Position numbers and translations under genes: made by a program. The notes under the pieces are model-generated. The model had not been told where the DNA came from. It made no database searches and was given only the letters and a program-made list of their open reading frames with translations. Below, piece by piece: positions 46,986 through 58,669 of a DNA stretch of 64,000 nt (positions are counted from its first letter, which is position 1; each line of letters opens with the position of its first letter). Origin of the DNA: Blepharisma stoltei ATCC 30299 (lineage: Eukaryota; Protista; Ciliophora). The stretch lies in NCBI GenBank assembly GCA_965603825.1, contig CBFDEM010000051.1, positions 434,001-498,000 on the forward strand, in the 5' to 3' direction.

Positions 46986-48800
46986 TTATAACTCTGAAGA
47001 CTCCTCAGTTTTCCGTCTTGCTGGCTGGTTTCCTCTCAGCATTTCTTTCAGCATATCAATTTTTTGGTCCCTTTCTTCTAGTTCTTTGCTGAGTTTTGAT
47101 AAAAGGTCGCCTTCAATCAACTTAGCCCTCGAGTGGAATTTTTGCTCCATCCCTTTCAATTTCTCCATTTCCCCTTCCATCCTGGCGATTTCTTTGTTTT
47201 TCTTTAAGAGTTCTGTGTCTTTTTTGAACATTTCCTGCTTTATGGTCTGCAAAACCATCAGTGACTTGTAAATTTTCCTTTCTCTGACCTTAAGATTGCT
47301 TTCGCTAGAGTGCTTGTCTTCAATCAAACTTGCGATTTTTGATTTCATAGAGGAAATTTGAGACTTCAAATCTTCTTCTCTCATAACAGCTTCATTGTTT
47401 TTTTTAGCGAGAAGCTCGATTTTGTTGTTTAAATTTTCGAGTTTGAAAATGTCGTTTTGGATGTCGAAATCTTTTTTCTGGACTTCTCGGTTAGCCATCT
47501 CGGCTTTATCTTTGAGATCTTGGATTCTTTGCTTATAGATTAGGATTTTGCTTTTCATGTGAGCTTGCCAATCAAGGTGCTCTTTATGGTGCCTTTCCAT
47601 TATCTGTTTTAGGCTTTCTATTTGCTGGTCCTTTGTACTCTCTTCAGCTTTGTATTGTTTGAACTGCAAGTCGATTTTAAGGAGTTCCTGTTCGAGCTCG
47701 ACAACTCTGGTGCTTGCATTGGGTTGTGCAGGCGATGAGTCAGATAATAAGTCAGTAGGGATATTGGCATGAAATGTATTACGGATTTCTTCTGCATGTC
47801 TTATTAAATCTTGGAGAGACCCAGTAATCTGAGGAAGTTCGCTCGAAATTCTATCTGGCCTTACACTATTAAGTGCAACAATTTTCTTCTTCATTGAGTC
47901 TTCAAGGTCTTTTATGGAATTTTCAATTCGCTCAGCTGCCCCCTTAAACTTTTTCATCTTCTCTATAGCTTGCTCAAACTTTGCTTTCTGTGTATCTTTT
48001 TTCGCTTTTCCTGCCATGTATTCTTCAAGCATTTTTTCGACTTGATCATAATACCCTTCTTTGGCTTTAAGCTCATGATATCTTCTTGCTGTTTCATCCA
48101 ATTCATTGATCATATTCTCTACTTTCGCCACAAGTTCTTTATTATGCCCAGTTAGCTCATCTATTAATTTTGATAGCTGAATGTTATCATTTTTTAGCTC
48201 ATCATTTTCTTCTCGTTTTTTTCCAAGTCTTATTTTTTGGACCTGGACTTCTCCTCTGATTTCTTCTTGTTGGTGGATAAGCTTTGCTCTTTCTAACTCT
48301 CACTCTACAAGTGAATTGTCGTATTGTTGCTTTAAATCTTCATATCGTTTTTCTTCTTTTTCTAATATGAATCTTTGAGATAGCAGCTCAACTTCAAAGG
48401 CTTTTGATTTTTCTTGGAGTTCTTGAACGATGTTATTCTCTTTATTTAGTTTTAGCTTAGCTCTGAGAGATAATATTTCTCGGTTTAGTTCGTTGATTTT
48501 CATGTCTCTTGCATGCAACTGAAGCTGGATTTCTTCAGAAATTGGGCCGTTCTGAGTTTTCAAGAGTTCGTTGGTCCTCTGTTTGGATTGAAATTTGAGC
48601 TCAAGCTCTGAGTCCAGGACTGATTCCAATATATTTAGATTATCAAGGGTTGAAGAATCACTTTTTAATTTCGATTTTCTTGAGACACTTGCGGAGTTTC
48701 GAGTGGTTATGTCAGGTGTAAAAAGTGGGTTGGTCGCTTTATGGTTCTTTTTTCGTGTTGTGTCACTTGTATGGGTTGAATTCTATATAGCGGTTACCAT
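46986..48800 (-). CDS. Long coiled-coil protein
   Basis: ATG 48800 followed directly by intron 48783-48797; TGA 48300 as Trp joins two track ORFs. Confidence 0.8.
48783..48797 (-). other. 15-nt intron immediately after the start codon
   Basis: atg|gtaaccgctatatag|aat, A at position 10. Confidence 0.8.
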
Positions 48801-49116
48801 TGCTTATGCTTTATAGGATTGCAATATTTATAAATGAATTTTACAGTTTTACTTTTGGCAGAATAGCTCATCAAGAATAGCAAAATATAATTTTCCACAG
48901 AAATCATTGAAGTATATAATAGCATACTTCTATTACAAACTAAATGGCATTGAAGGCTATCAATGCTGTTTCCCAATACTATAATCATGATTTTATTCAA
49001 TAAAAAAGAAAATCTACTATTTCAAAATCATTTTCTTTAATATATCTATCATTAACCCCTTATTTTTCCGATTTTCTCATATATTCCATTTTAAACCCAC
49101 GTCTTTAATAAAATCA

Positions 49117-49866
49117 ATGGAGGATTTAACTTATAAAGCCAAACTTGCTGAACAAGCTGAAAGGTATGATGATATGATCACCGTCATGAAAAACGTGATT
49201 AAGCAGGCTACCGAACTCAACGTAGACCAGCGAAACTTGCTCAGTGTTGGCTACAAAAACATCGTAGGTGTTCGAAGAACTGCTTGGCGCACAATTTCTT
49301 CCCTTGAAGAAAAAGAAGAAAGCAGAGGAAATGCCAAGAGAGTAGAATTAGCCCGCGCCTATCGCCTGAAAATTGAAGACGAGCTTAATAGAATTTGCCA
49401 AGACATTCTTACTGTTATCAGCGATGTCCTCAAAAAACAAAATTCGAGCGAGGCAAGGGTCTTTTTCTTAAAGATGCAGGGTGATTATTATAGATACATG
49501 GCTGAATACCAAACTGCTGGAGCAAATAAAGCTAAGTATGGAACCACTGCAGCTGATAATGCCCACAGAGTTTATCAAGAAGCTATGGATCTTGCCAATT
49601 CTGAACTTCCACCAACTCATCCTATAAGACTTGGGCTTGCACTTAATTATTCAGTTTTCCACTATGAAGTTAAGGAAAACCCGACTGAGGCTTGCAATAT
49701 GGCAAGGACTGCTTTTGATCAAGCCATCGCGGAACTTGATAACTTAGATGAAGATCAATATAAGGACAGCACCACAATAATGCAACTTATCAGGGATAAT
49801 TTAACTCTTTGGACGTCCGAAATGAACGAAGAGCCTAAGGATGGCACAAACGTCGAAGATCTTTAG
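49117..49866 (+). CDS. 14-3-3 protein
   Basis: [62 protein letters not shown]. Confidence 0.98.
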   Translation: MEDLTYKAKLAEQAERYDDMITVMKNVIKQATELNVDQRNLLSVGYKNIVGVRRTAWRTISSLEEKEESRGNAKRVELARAYRLKIEDELNRICQDILTVISDVLKKQNSSEARVFFLKMQGDYYRYMAEYQTAGANKAKYGTTAADNAHRVYQEAMDLANSELPPTHPIRLGLALNYSVFHYEVKENPTEACNMARTAFDQAIAELDNLDEDQYKDSTTIMQLIRDNLTLWTSEMNEEPKDGTNVEDL

Positions 49867-50193
49867 TTAATGAGGATTAATTATATTATTTTGAGAGCAT
49901 TTCTTTATTAAAAGTCATTTTATAAGCTGGACTGCTCACATATTAGGAGTAAATATTCATGCATTTTAGAGCAAAATGTCTGCTATAGAATTTTCGACGA
50001 GAAATTTGGTTATATGGAAAATATTAAAATTCTCCTTAAGAACGGGAGAAATTTGTTGCCTATTAAAGGGAAATAGGCAAATAATCATTTAAGATGATAT
50101 ATTACTCTCATTTTCATCAAATTTTAAGGAATTGATATTTTATAAGTGAAAATTGATAATCAAGATAAATTGCTTTAAAAGACTAATGTTATA

Positions 50194-50499
50194 TTAGTAA
50201 GGGCGGAAACTAGCCTGACCTGCAGTATCAAGTTGAGAAGACAAATTTTGCATTTGTCTATCAGTTTCTAATATTGTCTCGATCGTCAGAGGGAGTAGTA
50301 AAATAGCACTTACACTTGTCAAGGTCCACAGAAGGTTTTTTGAGATTCTCAAAGTTTTAGAAGTATAATAGCTAACCCAACTGTTCCAAAAGTTCAAAAT
50401 TATCTGCCCCACTCTCGATTCAGTTGCAACTCTGATAACTTTTTGATATCTCATCTCTACGATTTCCCCTTGCTTTGACATTAATGGAATATTAAGCAT
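50194..50499 (-). CDS. TOM22: Tom22-like mitochondrial import receptor subunit
   Basis: LWTLTSVSAILLLPLTIE fits the Tom22 TM pattern W..TTS..IL.LP...E; exact start uncertain. Confidence 0.65.
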   Translation of the reverse strand: MLNIPLMSKQGEIVEMRYQKVIRVATESRVGQIILNFWNSWVSYYTSKTLRISKNLLWTLTSVSAILLLPLTIETILETDRQMQNLSSQLDTAGQASFRPY

Positions 50500-50660
50500 C
50501 TTTCATTAGAAAATTTAATAATCACATTTTTAAATGTTTTTATTAGATTATCTGAAACTCTAAGAAATCTGCAATTTGTAGGACGGCTCAAAATATTATT
50601 CAAGAAATTATTAGCCATTTCACTTATACTTAAATTATAGATATAAAATCTGCATGAGAT

Positions 50661-52202
50661 TTATATTGATTTTTTACATTTTTCAAGTACAATAATTCCT
50701 CCTGTGTTCATCTTAGCCAAATTGCTAGGTGATGGTGTTTTTCTTTTCTCATCTTCATACTTATTTAAAACTTTCATGAAGAAATCGTCAATTTTTTTGC
50801 TTTGCCTTAGTAAGTTTTCTTCTTGATCTCTTTTCTTCAGGATATTTTTTTCAGCAAGTAATAATGTTTTTTTCAAAGTTGCTTCTTTGATTTCAGCCCT
50901 TGCCTTTTCTCTTTTCGCTTCGTTGCAATTTAAAACGTCTTCTTTTTTCAAAGTTGATTCCAACTCTTTTCTTTGCTCTTCTTGGCGCTTTATATGAATT
51001 CCTTTATTTAGTTCTGAAATTCTTTTTGTTTCTTCGGCAAGCTTAGCTTTTCGTATTCTCTAAGTTAAAATTACCTCAGATTTTTCTGTATTCTCTTGCA
51101 ACTTCAATATCCTTACAATTCTCTTTTCTTCCATCCGAGAATTCAAAGTCTCTCTGGCTTCTCTTGCTCTTGCTGCAGAAAGACTTCTTACATAGCTTGA
51201 GCTCGCTTTTTCCATTATGGAAAGTTGAGCTTTTCTTGCAGATTCTTCTAATTTTTTATTAATTCTTTGTAACTGAGTTAAAGTTTCTTCATCATCATAT
51301 TTATCATCAAAATACTCTTCGTCTAAATTCAGTCTTCTTGTCGGACTTGTACTAAATGATTCTTTTGATTTTAAATCGTTGCTGAAGCTATGATACATCT
51401 TTAAAGCTTCATTTTCGCTTATCATAGTTTGCTGATATTTCTTTAGCAGCATAGCTTTTCTTTTTTCTTCCAATTTAGATATTTTGAGACTTCTTTCTTT
51501 GGATTGTAACTGTCTTTCTATCTCTATTGATTTTTCTTTTTGTTCAAATCTTTTTATATACTCCTTGGTTTTTTCTTCCTCAGAAACTTTGATTTTCTTC
51601 TTGTTGTCTAAAACTTTTTTATATCTAATTGATTGATTTCTTGCGAACCTTAAACGTTTTTGGTTTAATTCTCCTGGAGAAATAGGAACAGTTAGTGGGA
51701 TGTCGGGAGTTACAGATCTAATATAATATTTCCTCTTCGGAGAAAGAGATGGAGTCGATGAATCCCTGACTGGAGTAATAAAAATTCCAGCCTGGAAAAT
51801 GCTACTGTTATTCTTTGAGTGCGGTGATGATAACAAGTTGTTTTCGAGTATATATTGGGCAACCATTGTTACTTTTGCTGACCTTCTTGCTTCATAGTGA
51901 TTATATCTGAGAATCTGTATATCTTTGCTAATTTTTGGATCAGACATCTCATCAAATGACTTTTTAATAAGTTGCTCTGGCAAAAAGTTTAAGAACTTGC
52001 AGGCTTGTGTAATAAATGGGTGCGAAAAGTTATGTTTAGTCATAAAAGCAACAACTTTTTCCAGTTTTTTTGCATATTCTTGCTTTGATCGATTTAAGCT
52101 GTTAGGAAAATTATTCATTTCCTTTTGGAATGAACAAATTAAGTTATCATGGCAGATTAGACAAAAATATATTTTATTACTATTGGCTATTTCTCTACAC
52201 AT
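50661..52202 (-). CDS. Coiled-coil, charged protein of unknown function
   Basis: Two ORFs joined by intron 51060-51074; the true start may be ATG 52118 (MNNF). Confidence 0.78.
51060..51074 (-). other. 15-nt intron
   Basis: gtaattttaacttag. Confidence 0.88.
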
Positions 52203-52321
52203 TATTTCCTATTAAAATCTATCATAAACCAATTAATTATTATCCTTAATTATTTTTAGCCAGGAACCCCAATTAAATTTTTCTAAACAAATTTATCCTT
52301 CCTAAGAAAGTCGAATATAAT

Positions 52322-52885
52322 ATGGAAGATCAAAACGGTTCAAGGATAAAGAAATGGATGTCTTACATCCAAAATTCCAACTTAGGCACTGCTCTCCAAT
52401 ATAAGGTCACTTTAACAAGCCTGAAGTCCAACATTCGTCCATGGATGACTGATATGTTTAACCCGGCCATGTTTTCTAAGCCATCGGTAAAGCAAATCCC
52501 AATCAGACTTGGTGAAAACTTGGTCTATTTCGTATCAAATTACGTCATCTTAACTATGCTACTACTCGTTCTCGGAATGTAATAATTATTCAGACTGTCA
52601 CAGCCTTCCTTCCTTATTTCTTTGGTCGCAATTGGGGCTGTATGGGTTTATCTGTCGAAGAAGGACTTAAAAGTGCATGGCTTAGAAGTCACAGATTTTC
52701 AGAAGAATATGGGAATTCTAGCACTGCTGGCACTAACTACTTTTATGCTTGCAGGAAATATGATCATTTACACGCTCTTCTTATCGATGCTGCTGGCTGG
52801 GGTTCATTCGGTATATCATGATCAGCCTCAAATTCATTTGAAATTAGAAACTGATCTACCACCTAATACCTTATTACCTCTTTAA
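52322..52885 (+). CDS. PRA1: PRA1-family prenylated Rab acceptor
   Basis: IRPW..F..P..R...NL.YF.SNY, hydrophobic hairpins, terminal HS..H; intron 52579-52593. Confidence 0.88.
52579..52593 (+). other. 15-nt intron
   Basis: gtaataattattcag. Confidence 0.9.
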
Positions 52886-53478
52886 ACTAATCAGGTCAGT
52901 TAAAGCTTGTCTTAATACTTATAGTAATATGTTATTTAAAATGTAGTTTCTCCTATAGTGTAAATATACAAATTATTTTTATTATAGTAAACATAGAATT
53001 TTAAAAAATTGGATAAATATTTTATAAACGATCAGTTAATATTCATTTCAAAATATTTCTATGAGTATTAAAATAAAATCTTAAGAGTCATCGCCAAACA
53101 AAAATTATATAAAGATTAAATATAGAAAACTTTATGTTCCATTGCAATTTTTTAAGAATAAATTTTGGATTAAAATTTCTGAATTTATATTTGGAGTTTA
53201 ATTAATTAATAACTGCATATTAATAAAATTTATTGTTCTAGTTAAATTACTTCAATTTTAAAGCTAATTGATTTTTAATATAGTCTAATTCAATAATATA
53301 CTTAAGAAGCCTTGAGTAGAAGAATAGAATTATCAATAAATATTCATATCAACTTCCAGCCACATTATATATTTTTGAGAGTAGCAATATCTTCAAAAAA
53401 TTTGCATTAAAAAATTTAATCGGAACTTGCTTCAAAAATATTTGATTAATTTTTGGTTGTTGAGAATATACTTTTCTC

Positions 53479-55365
53479 ATGTTTGAAATAATAATGGAGG
53501 GATTTTTGCTCAAGTGAACAAACTATGTGTACGGCTGGCAACGAAGGTATTTCTTACTTAAAAATGGTCTAATATCCTATTCAAAGAAAAGAGACGGAAA
53601 AATGAAAGGTGAAATTCGGCTACAGAATGCTCAAGTTGTTCGGCATTCTACCAATCCGAAACGATTTTCTATTGAAACTAATACTGAATGTCTCCAGCTT
53701 AAAGCTCACAGTAATCATGAAGCTGAGCAGTGAATTCAAGCATTAAAGAGCTTGCAGCAAGAATTTTATAAAAGACTTTCATGGTCACCTTCTATAGCCA
53801 CTGAACAACAAGAGCTGCCAGAAGACTCATCTTTATTAAACTTTTTGGCCTTAAAATTAGGTGAAATATCAGGGTTCCATGCAGAAATGCAAGAAGCTGT
53901 TGATTTAATCCCTGAAAAAGTTCGAAGTAGTATTCCTGGCTTGCAAAAAGTTCTAAAGATATCTTCAAAAATTAAGCAGGTGGCTCTTGATTCGCTTAGG
54001 GTTATTGATGAAGAAGGTAAAAAGACTTTTCCAAAAATAAAGATTTCTCTTATTAATGACTCAGAAAATATAGAAAAATCTTCATTTAGATATTCTGCAA
54101 CTGATATAAATGAATATCAAGAAACTGATAGAAAAATTCTATTTGAAGAAGAATGTAAAGAAATTGAAGAAATTGAATTTGAAGATGCTAGAAGTGATAT
54201 TTCAGATGAAGTAGAAAAAATTAGCAATGATAGGCAGATATCTATTGTTCCTCATAGAAAATCGTTACCCTTTTTAAGGAACCCAAATCAGAAGATCAAT
54301 ATTTGAAAAGTGGTTAAAGATTCAATTGGAAAAGAATTGAGCAAAATCACTGTCCCAGTTTATTTTAATGAACCTTTAAGTTTTATTCAACGCTTCACAG
54401 AAGATTTAACTTATAGTGAAATCATAGAGAGAGCTTGCATTGAAAATGATCCTCAACTACGCTTAGCATTAGTAGCCTGCTTTGCAGTTTCTGTTTATGC
54501 AAATGGCACAAATCGAACTATGAAACCTTTCAATCCCCTATTAGGTGAAACCTATGAACTTGAAACTAAAGGATTTCGTTTAATTTCTGAGCAAGTAAGC
54601 CACCATCCTCCAGTTTCTGCAATGCATTGTGAGCACCTCAAATATATCTATTGAGGAAACACAGAAGTAAAAACTCATTTCAAAGGAACTTACATCCAAG
54701 CAGTCCCGCATGGCATCTTTCACCTAGTTTTAAAAGAAACAAATGACCATATAGTCTGACATAAGCCCAAAACTAATATCTACAATATTATTATGGGGAA
54801 AATCTATATTGATAATTCTGGCTCAATTGAAATATCAAATTTTAATAATGGAGATAGAGCAACGATTGAGTATAAAAAGAAAGGGTGGTTTGAAAAAGTT
54901 ACACATGAGCTTGAAGGGAGCGTTTTTGACAATTTTGGTAATGAGAAGTACAAAATTGAAGGGAAATGAAACGAAGCTGTCATTATTAGAAATGTTTTAT
55001 CAGATAAAGTGGTGTTTGGATACGAAATTAATCAATTTCCTGAAGGATATGAGCAAAGCTATTATTTCAGTGATTATGCAATGCAGCTAAATAGTCCACC
55101 AGACTATTTTATTAATCTACCAAAAACAGACTCAAGGTATAGACCAGATCAAAGAGCTTTAGAAAATGGAAATCTTAAGCTCGCAGCATCTGAAAAATGA
55201 AGATTGGAAGAAAAGCAAAGACATGTAAGGAAAAAGAGAGAAGAGAGAGGAATTGAGTATAAACCAAGATGATTTTACTATGATCACGATGAATGGCTTT
55301 ACAAAGGAGGATATTGGGATTATAAAAATAGTGGCGATTTTTCAGATCTTCCAGACATATTTTAA
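53479..55365 (+). CDS. Oxysterol-binding protein (PH domain, FFAT-like motif, ORD)
   Basis: GFLLK(TGA)TNY..GWQRRYF, EFEDARS, KPFNPLLGETY, EQVSHHPP, DSRYRPD, LPDIF; one frame with eight TGA=Trp. Confidence 0.95.
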
Positions 55366-55375
55366 GCTTGTTTAA

Positions 55376-56149
55376 TTACTCATCTATTACATTGACTTTA
55401 CCTCTATTAGACTTTTTCTTCCTTTTTTCCATAGCAAGTTTATCTTTTATATAAATTTCCTTATCCTCATCAAAAATTTCTCCAGCTTCTTTGGCCTCTT
55501 CAAACGAATCAATAAATGTTGTGACCTGTCCGTCTCTGTTAAATACTTTTTTCTCCAGGGAGACTTCACTGTCTGATAACTCTTGCTTTTTAGCAATATC
55601 ATCTTCATTTATTGAGTTATTATCTTCGACATTGTGTGTTGGATTTTCAATGTAAATACTTGCAACGAGCTCTGGAGAATTGATTTTTGGTATGAGCGCA
55701 ATTGAGTGTTGTATTGCTAAAACCTAATCACCGAGTACTGTTGCAGAAATCAATACATTTAGTGCAATAAGATAAAGTATTGGAAAGTAAGTAGTTATAT
55801 TTGTCAAATTACATTGGATATGCGCTGGCTGAAAGCAAAGAGAATTTATGTCTTTGCAAATATCCAGAGAGTAAATAGACAAACCAAACAGCGATAGATA
55901 AATGATAGCCAGGCTCCCAATTGCATAAATAATAATTGAGGCCACAAGTAGATTTTTTCATTTGCATCTTATTGAAGTTTCTTGCAAAAAGGAGCCCAAA
56001 AGTTGGAGACAAAAAGGTATCAAGATAAATCATGAATTAATATCACCCCATTTGAAATTTGTTTGGAATTTATATTGGATAAGTGGAGCTGCAAGAGCAC
56101 AAGAGAGCATTATGGCAATCATTGTAAAAGCGTTGAGGGTAAAATTCAT
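55376..56149 (-). CDS. Four-TM membrane protein with charged C-terminal tail
   Basis: ATG 56149, two TGA=Trp, four hydrophobic segments. An in-frame TAG at 55724 is removable by an atypical 15-nt intron; TAA at 55376. Confidence 0.68.
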
Positions 56150-56459
56150 AATTTTCTCTTTATTTTAGAAAAATATAACTTGGTAGCTAAATTGATTTAT
56201 GAGGCATTCCAAGAATTCTATTTAAATAAATTTGGCTTTTTCCAATAGAGGCAAAAATTTTAAGTCATATTGATTTTCAATAATTTTGAGCTAGAGATTT
56301 GAATAAAACCTTTTGAATTTGTGGATTATATATCGTTTTACTGGATTCAAAAATTATTAAGCATTTCTTCTAATCTAACAAAATTTAATTAAAAGTTGCA
56401 TTTAATTATTTATTCTGATTATTAGCGTTGTAATGCGTCAGCCATTATCTTAATCTAAT

Positions 56460-57071
56460 ATGAAAAAGACTTCCAGGATTACCCTCTCTGAAGCGGTTTA
56501 TAATGCTTCAAAGCATGTTAGCCTAGGTTTTGCGAGAGATCTTGCGTGAATCTCTTCTCCAGTAAAAGATGATTTTGATCCTAAATTTTTCCATAAAAGT
56601 TTGAAGCATTTAAGGATTAGGGACAGAAACTACGATTTAGTCCATCAGCAACCTAAAAGTCATCGAACACACATAAGGACAAAAACATATATTCATATTA
56701 AGCAGCTTAGTCTTAACGAAAAGCCTAGCTCCTCAAAATCAACCTCTCCTAGCCTATCGCCGAAAAAATCCATGAGAACGAACTCAAACGCCTTCGTAGA
56801 GCAATCCCCTAATATAAGCCCAGAAACTTCAATACGATCTATAACAAGGCGCTCTACGATATTAAGTCCAATTTTGCCTAAAACAGAAGATGAAGAGCTT
56901 GATACTATAATATCTGGTGCAAGCAAGTTACATTCACAGACCCGCTCTCTGAAACGCCATTTCTCTATGGGGTGTGTTAATATTCAAAAAGATTATCAAG
57001 AATGTAAAAACTTGGTGAGATCAAAAAACCCATACGATAAAAAGTTTGAAAAATTGGTTTTAGAGCCATAG
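56460..57071 (+). CDS. Hypothetical Ser/Pro-rich basic protein
   Basis: ATG 56460; one TGA=Trp extends the track ORF. Confidence 0.72.
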
Positions 57072-57722
57072 GCTGGATCTCTTGTATACTTATTATTTAA
57101 ATAATTCGTAATTGTTTTAATGCATGCGGAAGAATTGAGATTCTATTTAAGGCAATTTTCTGGAACTTGGAAAATTATTAATAAGGAAAATAATTGATAA
57201 TTATTGATAATTTTTTCATCAAATTGGCGTTCTTTATATTCATTTTCAAGTTAAGTTCCATGAGTCCCACCCCTACCTGAAAGTAAAATGAAGCTTAATC
57301 TCAAAAAATAGAAATTTCCCCAATGGCTGGGGAGTTAGTAATATATAGCTTGCTAAATTCATCTTAGAACTAAAAATTGTTGGTTATAAAAAATAGCTGC
57401 CAAGTTCTAAAATATTTTACTTATGAAAATGCTATTAGTATTAATTTCAATTTTTTTGTTGATCAAAGAATTGAAAAAATTTAATTTATTGTTGTTAGGC
57501 TCTATAGCAATTTTTAAATGAGACCTTGATTTCCATTGAAGTTATTGAGAAAATTAAATTCAGATAATTTAAGCGAAATAATTGAAATTATATTTGAGGA
57601 ATTAAAATGGCAATAAATAAAAGCATTAGGACTTTATAAGAAATTGGTAAAATATTAATAACTATTATTCCTATTTTTATTTAGCAACAATTAAATTAAT
57701 TTGAATATTTCATTTGGAATAT

Positions 57723-58481
57723 TTATTTTAAAAGCCATGAATACTTTTCCCTAAACTCTTTTATTTCATTTTGACTGGGATTTACATTCTGTTTATTTAA
57801 AATCTCCCGATACTGTCGATTAAAATAATTATCATTGTTTTCCCTATAGATAGAAGCTATAAGGAGAATTTCAGGAGGATATCTGCATACTGTTAATCCA
57901 TAATTAGCAAAAAGTTTACGCTTTATGTTTTCATCCACTTCAAAAATATCAGAGTTTTCACATTCATTTTCCCTGCTAGAATATTTTTCTAAAGCTTTTA
58001 GATCAGATAGCTCACCTAATATTTGCAAAGTAAGCTCGGGTGTTAAAAATAAAGGTATCAACGCAGGATTTATTGGAGAATCTCCTCTTTTTGCGCAATC
58101 CATTTCATTTTTTATATTAAGAAACAGTGCCTTAATTTCATTGTCATCTTTATATTTCACTTCACAAGCAAATCGCCAAGTTTCCTTCGTAACATTGAAT
58201 TTTTTCAAAACTTTTTTCTGAGAATTTTTGAGATTTCTGTTAAATTGATCTGTAATATCAAAATTTGACCCTTTTTCAATTTCATTTAGCTGTGTAGATG
58301 CTAAAAAATCGAAATCAAGTCTTAAGAACTCTTTTCTTAATTCATTTAATATTCTTACTACTACTCCTTTTTCTATTTCTCTGTCTACTTTTTCCTTGTC
58401 TTTTTCATATGAAAAATAATAGATGAGACTGCATATGCCGACCACAACAGTGCTCCCTAAAAACATTTCTTTAAAATTCAT
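57723..58481 (-). CDS. Protein with an N-terminal membrane anchor, unknown function
   Basis: FLGSTVVVGICSLIYYF followed by a helical soluble region. Confidence 0.72.
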   Translation of the reverse strand: MNFKEMFLGSTVVVGICSLIYYFSYEKDKEKVDREIEKGVVVRILNELRKEFLRLDFDFLASTQLNEIEKGSNFDITDQFNRNLKNSQKKVLKKFNVTKETWRFACEVKYKDDNEIKALFLNIKNEMDCAKRGDSPINPALIPLFLTPELTLQILGELSDLKALEKYSSRENECENSDIFEVDENIKRKLFANYGLTVCRYPPEILLIASIYRENNDNYFNRQYREILNKQNVNPSQNEIKEFREKYSWLLK

Positions 58482-58669
58482 TTATTTATCTTACAGTTTA
58501 AGGAAAAATGCATTTCTGGCTATATAAAAAAATTTTCATCGTGATTTTTGGCAAAAATAAATAATTAATTGACTGAAACTTAGTAGATTTGACCAAATAA
58601 TAGTTACCTATAAAATATTAGCTTTAATTTCTTGCTGAAAAGTGATCAGAGAATGCCACTTTTTGATAA

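Noticed and set aside
53479-55365. In-frame TGA as selenocysteine
   Set aside because: The codons fall at conserved Trp positions in non-redox proteins, and the 3' UTRs are too short for SECIS elements.
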